DNA from: Candidatus Latescibacterota bacterium
Lineage (GTDB): Bacteria > Latescibacterota > UBA2968 > UBA8231
NCBI GenBank assembly: GCA_965197905.1
Contig: CBDAOB010000004.1
Span: 1,664,001-1,728,000, forward strand
Direction of reading: 5' to 3'
DNA: 64,000 nucleotides
Shown here one piece after another: positions 18,305 to 27,764 of the stretch. A program made the position numbers and the translations under genes. The notes under the pieces are model-generated. The model did no database searches. It was not told where the DNA came from and saw only the letters and a list, made by a program, of their open reading frames with translations. Positions within the stretch are counted from its first letter, which is position 1, and every line of letters begins with the position of its first letter.

Positions 18305-21204
18305 ATGACCTTGCACCGAAAGATGTTGCTGTTCACGGTAGGGGTCATTGCCGTGTTATTGGCGTTGACACTGGCCGTCATCCACTCGTTTGTCGCCGAT
18401 CGCGTCGAAGCGGAGGTCGCTCGTGATCTCTTTGAAACCCGTTCGCTCTATGACCAGTTCATGAGCGAGCGTGGCCGCTGGCTTCAATCGCAGACCCAGG
18501 TGGTCGCCGAAGATCCCCGCTTTGTAGCAACTCTCGATATCCCCGACCCGGAGTTGATGCAACATGCGCGTACGGTGATTCCGGTGGCCAAGCAGTTTCA
18601 AGCGATTGTCGGCAGCGATCTGTTTATGGCGACCAATGCCTCGGGTCTGGTGTTGGCGCGCGCCAACATCCACTCGACAGTGGGGGGCGCCGCCCTCCCC
18701 CTTTCGCGCTCCCTTGACGCTACCCGGTCTTCCGTCGAAATGTGGGACCAACGCTACGATGTCCTGCAGGCCCCTTCCCAAGTAGGAACCGAGCTGCTGG
18801 GGTTTGCCGTTGTGGGGTTGAAAGAGGGGGCCTCTGCCCCCGATGCTCTGCGATTCGTGGACGCGGTGGCGCGGGACAAAAATACCCAGGAGCACTTGCG
18901 ATCTGGCGCAGTGCCGCGGTCGTTTCTGGACGAGATCCAGCGCCACGTGGCGGCCGATTGGGTGGCTCTAACCGACGCCGAAGCCGTCCCGTTGCGTCTC
19001 ATCAGGTGCCAAGTCGATTTCGGGGAAAACCTCTCCGCCAACCCCCGAATCGCGGCCGCCCGCAGCGGCATTACCCAGGCCATCGGGTTGTATCGCGAAG
19101 GCCGACGGCTGTTCCAGACAGTGGTCGTACCGGTCTGGTCTCAAGATCAGGTAGTGGGCACGCTCAGCACCGGTTTCGTCGTTGATGATCGCCTGGCGCA
19201 GCTGCTGCAGCGGATGACCCACAGCCACGTTTCCTTCGTCCTAGACCGCGATATCGTGGCCTCCACGTGGGGCCCCGACCAGCGTCTCCTGTTGCAGCGC
19301 CAGCTACAGAGCGAACCCTTTCCAGAACACACGGACGCGCCGATGGCCGTCGTCCTCGCGGACGAGACCTACCTGACGCTGACAGGTCCCTTGACCGAAG
19401 CGGCAACGCCGGGTGGTGGCATCGTCGTTATCCAGGTGTCCCTCGACGAAGCCAGCGCCTTCCTCACCACGATAGAGCATCTTCTGCTGGTGGTTGGACT
19501 TGGGGTCCTGTCCGTGGCGCTGGCATTGAGCCTGGTGGGGGTGGGGCGCATCGTGCGCCCGATACAGCTGCTGCTCACCGGAACGCGACGTCTGGCCGCG
19601 GGCGAATGGTCCCACCGCATTCCCGTGGAGGGCGGCGGGGAAGTCGGCGAGCTGGCCGGATCCTTCAATGAGATGGCGGCCTCTTTGGCCCAATCTGTGG
19701 ATGCGCTGCAGGAGTCGGAGCAACGCTATCGCGACCTCTTCGACAACGCCCTGGATATGGTGTTCACCACCGATCGTCAGTTCTGTTTGACCTCGGTAAA
19801 CGAAGCGTGTCGTTCCGTTCTTGGACGAGAACCGGCACAGCTCCAGGGGGTTTGCCTCTACGACCTCGTCGCCGCCCCCGACGCTGAAGGGCTGCGCGCC
19901 CGGCATCGTCACTTCGAGCCCGGCACCTCCCGTCCAGCGTTCGAAGCGGCCTTTCTGCGAGCGGACGGGGACCGGGTAACGCTGGAGGTCGCCACGCGCT
20001 GGATTCTGGAGGAAGGACAACCCACCGGAGTCCACGGCATCGCGCGCGATATTACCGAGCGCCGCGAGCGCGAAGAGGGACCTCGCGATTTCACGAGCAG
20101 CTCTACCAGGCGGAAAAATTGCGGGCGTTGGGTGAAATGGCCGCCGGGGTAGCGCACAATTTCAACAATCTGCTCACCATCGTGTTGGGCAATGCAGAGC
20201 TCATCGGCATGCGCGAGGAGCTGCCCGAGAAGATTCGCGAGGACACCGCCCGCATCCTGGATTCCGCGCGGCGATGTTCGGCCATTGTCAGGCGCATCCA
20301 GACGTTCGGAAGACCCGTCGACCTGGCGGCTGTAGAAAAGGTGAATCTGCCTCAGGTTATCCGCGACATCGTGGAGATTACGCGACCCAAATGGGAATCG
20401 GAGGCCGGGCGCGAGGGTCGCGTGGTAAAGATCGATTTAAATCTGGAGCTGTCCAAGCCGTTGGAAGGTCTCGCTTCGGTGTGGGAGGAGATCTTGTCAA
20501 ATCTGATCTTCAACGCCGTTGATGCCATGCCGCACGGGGGTACCATCACTATTGGAGCTTACCTCAGGGACGAAGAGGTCGAGGTGACGGTCGCCGACAC
20601 CGGTAGTGGAATGGACGAGAAGACCCGGGCGCGGGTTTTTGAACCGTTTTTCAGCACCAAAGGAGATCGCGGGACGGGGTTGGGCCTGAGCACCGTTTGG
20701 GGTATGGTTCAACGGATGGGCGGACGCGTCGACATCGACAGCCGCCCTGGGGAGGGTACGACCTTTCTACTTCGGGTGCCAATCGCAGACGCGAGCGCGC
20801 CTTCGGAGCCGCCCCTTCCCCGCCCCGAAACGGGGCGGGGACTGGAGATCCTGGTGGTAGACGACGAGCCCAACGTGCTCGAGATCCTCACTCCGATGCT
20901 GGCGGGAAACGAGGTGACCACGGCCAACCACGGCCGCGCCGCTCTTCAGCTGCTAGCGGAGCGGGAGTTCGACCTGGTTCTGTGTGACTGGATCATGGGG
21001 GGCCTCTCCGGACTCGAGGTGGCGGAGGCGGTGAAGCGGCGACGTCGGCGCACCGTCGTTGTCCTCATGACCGGATGGGAGCTCAAGGACACTCCCGCCG
21101 ACCGTCACCCCGCCATCGATCTGGTGCTCTCAAAACCGTTCGATCGCGAGGAGATCGATCGGGTCATGGCCGAAGCCAGCGTACTCTGCATGGGAGCACG
21201 TTAG
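18305..21204 (+). pseudogene. Hybrid sensor kinase (periplasmic sensor-HAMP-PAS-HisKA-HATPase-REC) split by a frameshift near 20075-20090
   Basis: ORF 18305-20152 holds TM, HAMP and PAS (RDITERR). The second frame reads RFHEQLYQAEKLRALGEMAAGVAHNFNN...DAMP..G...GTGLGL...VVDDE. Confidence 0.85.
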
Positions 21205-21653
21205 TCCAACGCGGCGCCGACGATCTCCTTGATTTTGGCCCAGGAGGTGGCCTCGACCGCCGTCGGTTGCGCAGGTTCGGGAGGATGACTCTCCGGGTCG
21301 CCGGGTTTGGTGACGGCCTCGGGGTCGCCCGGGCTCTCGTCGCCGGCCTTCCAGGTTCCCTCGGGATCGCCCAACTCTTCGCCGTTGGTAAATCCGTCCT
21401 CATCGGAGTCTATGGCGGCCAGCTTCGGACCCCAAAGCACGTTCCCGTCTTCGCTGAGAAACTCGGCCTCCACCGTCCGCCCGAAGGCGTTGCGGGCATC
21501 GCCGCCCCTAGGGCTCATGTGACAGTTGGAGCAGGTGTTGACGGGCCCGTTGGGAATCTGCCCGGGACGAAAGAAGCGGGCTTCAGCGTCTCCCAACATC
21601 CAGGGACCCAAACACAACGCGAAGCAGATCAGACGCAACATTCGGACAACCAT
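21201..21653 (-). CDS. Secreted temptin-like protein with CxxCH motif and C-terminal TAVEATSWAKIK tail
   Basis: Signal peptide (AEA), IPNG, CSNCH, GGDARNAFG, DSDEDGFTNGEELGDP. Confidence 0.8.
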   Translation of the reverse strand: MVVRMLRLICFALCLGPWMLGDAEARFFRPGQIPNGPVNTCSNCHMSPRGGDARNAFGRTVEAEFLSEDGNVLWGPKLAAIDSDEDGFTNGEELGDPEGTWKAGDESPGDPEAVTKPGDPESHPPEPAQPTAVEATSWAKIKEIVGAALD

Positions 21654-21704
21654 GTTTTCCTCCGACTAAGGGTTCGAGATCAAGTACAGAAAGGCTTTCT
21701 TGGG

Positions 21705-21720
21705 GCAAGCATCGTGCCAA
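21705..21720 (-). promoter_or_regulatory. Sigma54 promoter of the temptin-like gene
   Basis: Minus strand TTGGCAC-GATGC-TTGC is exact consensus, about 50 bp before the start. Confidence 0.8.
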
Positions 21721-21935
21721 CACCGGCCGTGAGGTGTAATCGATTGGGGCACGTAAGCTTGGCTCCGCTCAGTCCCGGGATGCTACGCCGCGGCGGAACG
21801 ACAGTTTGACGCCATGGGCGCCTACGAAATACCCAGAAATACCTGTATAATATAAGGCTTAAGACGCATTTGTGGAAGTTGTGCGGCAGTGTCTCATAAT
21901 AACTGCTATTTTCTCTTTGAAACGCATATTTCCGG

Positions 21936-22604
21936 CTAGGCCACGGGCGTGACGCGATACAGGAGTCGATGGCGTAGCTGATCCAGGGGGAAGGCGGGCC
22001 CGGGATCGATCTTGCGGTGAGGGGCGATTTCTTCATGGCCGAGGATGTGGCGAATCTGGTAGGTTGCGACCAGGAGACGGCAGAGGCTCTCAACGACTCT
22101 GAGCTGCACCGCAGGGTAGGTGTGCCAAAAGCAAGGTTCTACTTGATTGCGATGCACCGCCTCGCACACCTCGTGCGGGGGGTATTCTTGGCCCAACGAC
22201 GACCTGTAGCGGCCGTCGCGTTTTTCTAGTTTGCCGGCGTTTTGCACCTCGATACCCAGTGAGTATTGGTTGAACTGAGTACGCTCTCCCCAGCTGCTTT
22301 GACCGGCGTGCCAGGCGATCTGGTCGAAAGCTACGAGTTGAACCAGGGCGCCGTCGCGGCCCACCACCACGTGCGCCGATACTTGCTTCTCCCTGTCGCA
22401 GAGGGTATTGATCGCCGTCTCGAGGGTGTGACCGTCGGTAAAATGTAGAATGATGGTATCCGGATTTGGGCCCTCGAACGGTCCCCCCACATTTGCCGAG
22501 GGGTGCTGGACGGTGTTATCCCCGACGATCTGATGATTGTCGACCCTGATTTCTTCTCCCGCCGGCACGGATGATTTTTCGCTAGCGTCCTTGTGATTTT
22601 CCAA
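21936..22604 (-). CDS. N-acetylmuramoyl-L-alanine amidase (AmpD/amidase_2 family)
   Basis: IILHFT, VSAH, AWHAGQS, SLGIE, GHEEIAPHRKIDPGPAF. Confidence 0.92.
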   Translation of the reverse strand: MENHKDASEKSSVPAGEEIRVDNHQIVGDNTVQHPSANVGGPFEGPNPDTIILHFTDGHTLETAINTLCDREKQVSAHVVVGRDGALVQLVAFDQIAWHAGQSSWGERTQFNQYSLGIEVQNAGKLEKRDGRYRSSLGQEYPPHEVCEAVHRNQVEPCFWHTYPAVQLRVVESLCRLLVATYQIRHILGHEEIAPHRKIDPGPAFPLDQLRHRLLYRVTPVA

Positions 22605-22614
22605 GAATCCCAGT

Positions 22615-22646
22615 ATCCTTACGCAAGGATCTTTACTTCTTTACTT
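22615..22646 (+). promoter_or_regulatory. Putative toxin-antitoxin operator
   Basis: Inverted repeat ATCCTT-acgc-AAGGAT followed by tandem CTTTACTT x2 just upstream of the antitoxin. Confidence 0.45.
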
Positions 22647-22664
22647 TTCTAGGTGCGAGCGAAT

Positions 22665-22886
22665 ATGTCCAGACCGCTGATAAGTACAATCTCCGCCAAG
22701 GGGCAGACTACGATTCCCGTCGCCGTCCGCCGCGCGTTGGAGATCACTCCAGGCGACGCGATCCGCTACTCGATCGAAAGCGATGATGTGCGCATCGTCA
22801 AAGCCGACCTCATGGATCTGCCATGGGCCCGCGCCCTGCAACCCACCTTGGCTGAGTGGGAAGGGGAAGAAGACGATGATCTGTGA
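22665..22886 (+). CDS. AbrB/MazE-type antitoxin
   Basis: ISAKGQTTIPVAVRRAL, acidic C-terminus, overlaps the toxin start. Confidence 0.88.
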   Translation: MSRPLISTISAKGQTTIPVAVRRALEITPGDAIRYSIESDDVRIVKADLMDLPWARALQPTLAEWEGEEDDDL

Positions 22887-23211
22887 CCCCTTCGAGGTGG
22901 TGGAGGTGCCCTACCCGTTTGCGGATCCCGCTCAGGCGAGACGCCGCAAGGCGCTGGTGGTCTCCAGCGTGGAATTCAATGCCAAGAACCGCAGTTCGGT
23001 GCTGTTGGTGTTGACCAGCGATCGACCACCCCAGTGGCAGCGCGACGTCGCCCTTGAAGCGTGGGCCGCAGCGGGTCTGCGCAAACCGTGCATCGCCCGC
23101 ATGAAGTTGTTCACCTTGCCCAACGACCTCATCCTCGATCGGGTGGGCGAGGTCCACGAGGTGGATCGCAAGCGCATCGCCAAGGCGTTGAAGAAAACCC
23201 TTGGCATCTGA
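22876..23211 (+). CDS. PemK/MazF family toxin
   Basis: VPYPFAD...RRKALVVS, LTS, AGLRKPC..RMKLFTL. Confidence 0.88.
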   Translation: MICDPFEVVEVPYPFADPAQARRRKALVVSSVEFNAKNRSSVLLVLTSDRPPQWQRDVALEAWAAAGLRKPCIARMKLFTLPNDLILDRVGEVHEVDRKRIAKALKKTLGI

Positions 23212-23251
23212 GGCGCCAGAGACCCGCGCGTTTGCCGCCCGCCGAACGGAG

Positions 23252-23788
23252 CTACTCGACCGGGAGAATCCCTTTCTTTAGCGCAAATCGCATCAGCTCT
23301 GCCTTGGTGCGCAGCCCTAGCTTCTTCATCACGTTGGAGCGGTGATATTCGACCGTGCGCAGACTGATGGTCAGCCGCTGCCCGATATCGGTGTTGTTGC
23401 AGCCTTCCAAAACCAGGTGCATTACCTCGCGCTCGCGCGGCGTGAGTGTATCATACACCTCCTGCTCGCCCGACTCCGCAAGTTCCAGGTAGGCTCCGAT
23501 CGACTCTTGCGACAGCGGCGGACTTAGATAATGGCGCCCCGCGGCCACTTCCCGCAGCGCCTGAACCAGATGGTCGGGAGCCGCGTTCTTTAGCACGTAC
23601 CCGCCAGCACCATTCTTCAACGCTTCTGCCACATAAGAGCCGGCGGAGTACATGGAGTACACCACGATTTTCGTATTCGGCGATCTCCGTTTTGCCTGTC
23701 GCAGCACGTCGATGCCGCTTTCCGCCTCCAAGAGCGTGCGCAGCCCCTGGCATACGACCCCGTGATCATCCGCCAGCAGGACGTCCAT
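23252..23788 (-). CDS. NarL/LuxR response regulator with internally deleted receiver domain
   Basis: LLADDH start, YVLK and intact HTH (LTPREREV...TVEYHR). Only 178 aa, and the phospho-Asp segment is missing. Confidence 0.85.
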   Translation of the reverse strand: MDVLLADDHGVVCQGLRTLLEAESGIDVLRQAKRRSPNTKIVVYSMYSAGSYVAEALKNGAGGYVLKNAAPDHLVQALREVAAGRHYLSPPLSQESIGAYLELAESGEQEVYDTLTPREREVMHLVLEGCNNTDIGQRLTISLRTVEYHRSNVMKKLGLRTKAELMRFALKKGILPVE

Positions 23789-25856
23789 TCGCGGCTTCCA
23801 CGGTAACGGCATGGGCGGACGCCTTGCCAATCAAGGGCAGCTCGGCCAACAGACAGGTTCCGCGGCCGGGCGTCGTGTCGATGGTCAGCGCTCCGCCTAC
23901 CAACAGAGCACGCTCTTTCATGCCCGCGAGCCCACCACTGCCGACGCCACTCATCTCTACACTGCCATCGAACCCCGCCCCTTCGTCCTCTACCTGGACG
24001 TGCAGCCTGTCGGGCCTGGACCAAAGGCGTACATGCACGTCACTCACCTGGGCGTGCCGGGCGACGTTGGTCAACGCTTCCTGCACGATGCGATACGCCG
24101 CGGTTTTGACTTCTTGAGCGAACCCTCTTTCCAAGCCGTCATGTTTGAACACCACCTGCACCTGGGTCTGCTCGGTGTAGCGTAAGAAATGCCACGCCAA
24201 GGCGTGGAGCAATCCCTGGTCGTCAAGTATGGAGGGTCGCAGATCCAGAGACAGATCGTGCACATTCGTGGCGAGCTCATGCACCAGCTTTTGGGCTCGG
24301 TTTAGTGCCTGGTTCATGCGCTCGCCAGGCTGCCGTGGCACCGTCCGCAGAATGAGGTTCAACCCGGTGAGTGTTTGGCCGATTTCGTCGTGCAGCTCCC
24401 GCGCCAAGGACCGCCGTTCCTCTTCCTGCACCTCGACGAGTCGCCGTGAGAGGCTCTGCATCCGCTCCTTGCCGGCGCGAACCTCGTCGTAGAGCCGGGC
24501 GTGCTCCAGGGCGATTGCGATTTGCCCCAAGAGGGGCTGCATCGCTTCGATGCGCCGCAACATCGCGTCGCAGTCGTGGAGCGCGCTGCCGGTGGCCAGA
24601 ACCGCCAACACCCGGTCGCCCTGTTTTACCGGAATAAAGTAGGACGCTTTGCGGGCATGGGATTCGATCACCTCCGGGTCGGTGGGACCGTCGTTGGAGT
24701 CGAAACGCGGATCCCAACCGCGAACAACCTGAGTCTCTCCCGAACGCGCGACCTCCGCCATGATATTGGCATCGTCGAGGGCGTACGACAATCCGATAAT
24801 CGGACGGCTCTCGTCTGGTCGGTTCTCATCGGAAGCGGTGGGGCGCAAGGTGTAGGGGTGCGACTCGATGGCTCCTTCGTGGACGGTGCGTGTTCCTTCT
24901 GCCGTCTCCTGCAAGATCGGGGCGCGCACATAGTTGCGAACCACCTCGACCCGTTCCCGCTCGTGCCGCACCAGAGCCACGGTGAGGCTGCGAAATACTC
25001 CTGTTTCGATGAGCTGAGCGGCGAGGCTGTCGAGAATCTGGTCCAGGTCCAAAGAGACCAAGGTGACCTGGCCGATGTGGTGAAACGCGTTCACCAGTTT
25101 TTCCTTCTCCTCCAGGCGGCGATTCGTAACGATGAGCTCCTGCCGTTGTATTTTTAGCGCTTGCTCAGCCTGTTGGCGATCGGCGATCTCCTTCTGCACC
25201 TGGGCGTACAGCTTGGCGTGCTCTAGGGCAATGGCAATCTGCGCCAGAAGCGGTTGCATGCTTTCGATACGCGCGAGGACCGCCTGTTTATCTTCCATCT
25301 GACTACCCGTAGCCATAACCGCCAGCACCCGATCCTCCCGCTTTACCGGAATGAAAAAGGCCGCCTTGCCCTGGCGCTCTTGCCGCGTGTTGGCACGTTG
25401 ATCCAGGGTGTCGCTCCACTCGTCCAACACTTGCATCTCCCCGGAACGAGCCGTCATCGCGGTGACGTTGTCGTCGTTCAAGGAGTAGCGGAACCCGACG
25501 ACGTCGGCCGTGCTCTGAATCGGCACGGCTGCCGCCGGCCGGATGACCTTTTCGTCCGTACCGAATTTTTTGTTGAATCCCAGGCCCTCGTTGATGAGAC
25601 TGCGCACCACCACGATCGAATCGGTCTCCTCGTCGACCAACGCAATCATCAAGGAACGGAAGAGGCCGGTCTTGATAACCTGGGTCGCCAGGGTGTCGAG
25701 AAGCTGCTCCAGGTCGAGCGACGACAAGGTGGCGTGGCCAATTTGCTCGAACGCGGCCAGCAGCCGGTTCTTGTCGGCGATGCCTGAACGCAGGTCCGCC
25801 AACTCCTGTATGAGCGCTTCGGTCTGCATCTCGTCGCGGGAAGTCATTTCGATCAC
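23766..25856 (-). CDS. Cytoplasmic HisKA_3 histidine kinase with two tandem GAF-like domains
   Basis: EEERRSLARELHDEIGQ, QEALTNVARHA, DEGAGF, GLAGMKER; duplicated N-terminal module. Confidence 0.92.
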   Translation of the reverse strand: MIEMTSRDEMQTEALIQELADLRSGIADKNRLLAAFEQIGHATLSSLDLEQLLDTLATQVIKTGLFRSLMIALVDEETDSIVVVRSLINEGLGFNKKFGTDEKVIRPAAAVPIQSTADVVGFRYSLNDDNVTAMTARSGEMQVLDEWSDTLDQRANTRQERQGKAAFFIPVKREDRVLAVMATGSQMEDKQAVLARIESMQPLLAQIAIALEHAKLYAQVQKEIADRQQAEQALKIQRQELIVTNRRLEEKEKLVNAFHHIGQVTLVSLDLDQILDSLAAQLIETGVFRSLTVALVRHERERVEVVRNYVRAPILQETAEGTRTVHEGAIESHPYTLRPTASDENRPDESRPIIGLSYALDDANIMAEVARSGETQVVRGWDPRFDSNDGPTDPEVIESHARKASYFIPVKQGDRVLAVLATGSALHDCDAMLRRIEAMQPLLGQIAIALEHARLYDEVRAGKERMQSLSRRLVEVQEEERRSLARELHDEIGQTLTGLNLILRTVPRQPGERMNQALNRAQKLVHELATNVHDLSLDLRPSILDDQGLLHALAWHFLRYTEQTQVQVVFKHDGLERGFAQEVKTAAYRIVQEALTNVARHAQVSDVHVRLWSRPDRLHVQVEDEGAGFDGSVEMSGVGSGGLAGMKERALLVGGALTIDTTPGRGTCLLAELPLIGKASAHAVTVEAANGRPAGG

Positions 25857-25961
25857 CGGGTTGGCAACTTAACTAGAAAACCTGCCGCTATAAATGATGG
25901 CCGCAACCCGCGTTAGCGAGGTCTCTTGTCAGCCGCCCTTCTCCGCGGTTAGTTTAGCCGC

Positions 25962-26531
25962 GTGGAGAAGCTCAAGGAAGACATCGTATTCGAGGCGAGT
26001 ATGCGCGGCCGCACCTTCGTGTTCCGCTCCACCTGGGGTCTGTTTAACCCGCGTGCGGTCGATGAAGGTTCGCGCCTGCTCATTCGCCACCTAGAGGTGC
26101 CGGCGGACCACCGCTGCATCGACATCGGCTGCGGCTATGGCGCCATCGGGCTGGCGCTGGCGCATTTGTGTCCCGACGGCGAGGTAGATATGGTCGACAA
26201 GGATTTCGTCGCCGTGGAGTACGCCAATAAGAACGCCGCGGGCAACGGACTGACCAATGGTCGAGCCTATTTAAGCAACGGATTCAGCGAGGTGCCATCC
26301 ATTTCGTTTGACACGGTTGTATCGAATCTTCCTGCCAAAGCGGGCAATGAAATGTTGTCCATACTGTTGGGTGACGCGCACCGGTACCTGCGTGTCGGCG
26401 GCGCGCTTTGGGTGGTCACCCATGCCGGTTTGAAAGCGTATGTCAAACGCGCGTTCCAGGAGATCTTCGGCAACTACGAAAAGGTCAAGCAAGGACGAAC
26501 CCATTCCGTCGCGCGTGCCCTCAAAGTCTAG
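25962..26531 (+). CDS. Small class I SAM methyltransferase (RsmC/MTS-like)
   Basis: GLF..VDEGS.LL, DIGCGYGAIG, VVSNLP. Confidence 0.9.
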   Translation: MEKLKEDIVFEASMRGRTFVFRSTWGLFNPRAVDEGSRLLIRHLEVPADHRCIDIGCGYGAIGLALAHLCPDGEVDMVDKDFVAVEYANKNAAGNGLTNGRAYLSNGFSEVPSISFDTVVSNLPAKAGNEMLSILLGDAHRYLRVGGALWVVTHAGLKAYVKRAFQEIFGNYEKVKQGRTHSVARALKV

Positions 26532-27085
26532 TTGCTGTCGGTGGCCGGCGCACCAAACGGAACGATATTCACTGCGTGAAAGAAGTCGGTAACCTCGGCG
26601 AAAAGGGCTGTAAACATCTGACCTCCAACGAGGGTAAGGTCTTCGAACTGATCAGCGGCACCGAAGCGGTCGGCAAACGCTTGACCGACCTGACTGTCCA
26701 GACCGTGGGCGGCGTCTTGCAACGAAGTAGCCGCCTTAGAGTAGTAGCTCACGCGCTCGTGCAGGTCGTCCAGAACCCCGGCATCGGATTGCTCGGCAAT
26801 ATGCTCCCAATGCCTATAGTAGTGGTCGAGGATCTCACTCTTCTCCGGGCATTCTCCCAGCGCCATGGCCACGGCGAAATCAACGGCGAACGCTTTCAAG
26901 TACAGGAGCTCGGACCGCAGTTGTCCCGGTTCCAGGCGGAGATGGTCTGCAAGGGTTGCCAAGGCGCTGTCCTCCCGATCCGCCGGATGACACACGGCGT
27001 CTATGAGCACGGCTGCGATCTCGACGGGGGAAGCTTCTTTGCGCGAGGCGACGATGAGACCTCCAGTACCTATGAATGAGCGCAC
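26528..27085 (-). CDS. Hypothetical helical protein
   Basis: 185-aa ORF packed 4 bp after the upstream gene. Start uncertain. Confidence 0.65.
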   Translation of the reverse strand: MRSFIGTGGLIVASRKEASPVEIAAVLIDAVCHPADREDSALATLADHLRLEPGQLRSELLYLKAFAVDFAVAMALGECPEKSEILDHYYRHWEHIAEQSDAGVLDDLHERVSYYSKAATSLQDAAHGLDSQVGQAFADRFGAADQFEDLTLVGGQMFTALFAEVTDFFHAVNIVPFGAPATDSN

Positions 27086-27089
27086 TACC

Positions 27090-27764
27090 TCAAAGGATCA
27101 GCCCGTGGCCGAAATCAGCGACGATTTCTCCGGCCTCCTGTTTGACCAAGCCGCTGGGCAGAACGTGGCTGTTGAGATAGTAAATGCGTTCCCAGGTCAT
27201 GGCCGTGTGCACCAGGAATTTTACCCGCCCGCCCCCCTCTTCCTGGGAAACTAACGGACCGTACCACTCCGGCCGTGACAGGCTGTCCACCTTAGTGGCT
27301 TGTTCCACCGTCTGGTCGAACCCTGCAGCGGAAAAAACGGGGGTCGATGCGATCCAATCGGAAACTTGCCAACTGGCTCGAGTGGATTGCAACTCGGTCA
27401 CGAAGAACGCATACTGGAAGAGGCCCTCCGGGCTCGACTCGAACAAGAGATATTGATAAAGCTGCTCGATTGCTTGGGCTTGCTGCTCCTGTTCGTCATC
27501 GAACCAGCTCACCAAAGGTGTGTCGTCGCCGTCGCGGGTGCGCGCGTAGGGTTGAATGCCGGTGGCCATCTCTCCAATGTTGGACTGGATGTAGTCCAGC
27601 ATGTACCCATCACGTATCCCCACCAACGGAAAAAGTCCGAGAAGATGATTTACGTCCTCGGGTTTCTCAAACTGCGTACATGTCTCGCGAAACTCCAGCA
27701 CCTGTTTCAGCAGGTCCACGGCGCCATCGCTGGGAACCCGCTCGTACCCTTCGATCGGGTTCAT
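27090..27764 (-). CDS. Hypothetical acidic protein
   Basis: 224-aa ORF with GGAGG SD and protein-like composition. Confidence 0.75.
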   Translation of the reverse strand: MNPIEGYERVPSDGAVDLLKQVLEFRETCTQFEKPEDVNHLLGLFPLVGIRDGYMLDYIQSNIGEMATGIQPYARTRDGDDTPLVSWFDDEQEQQAQAIEQLYQYLLFESSPEGLFQYAFFVTELQSTRASWQVSDWIASTPVFSAAGFDQTVEQATKVDSLSRPEWYGPLVSQEEGGGRVKFLVHTAMTWERIYYLNSHVLPSGLVKQEAGEIVADFGHGLIL

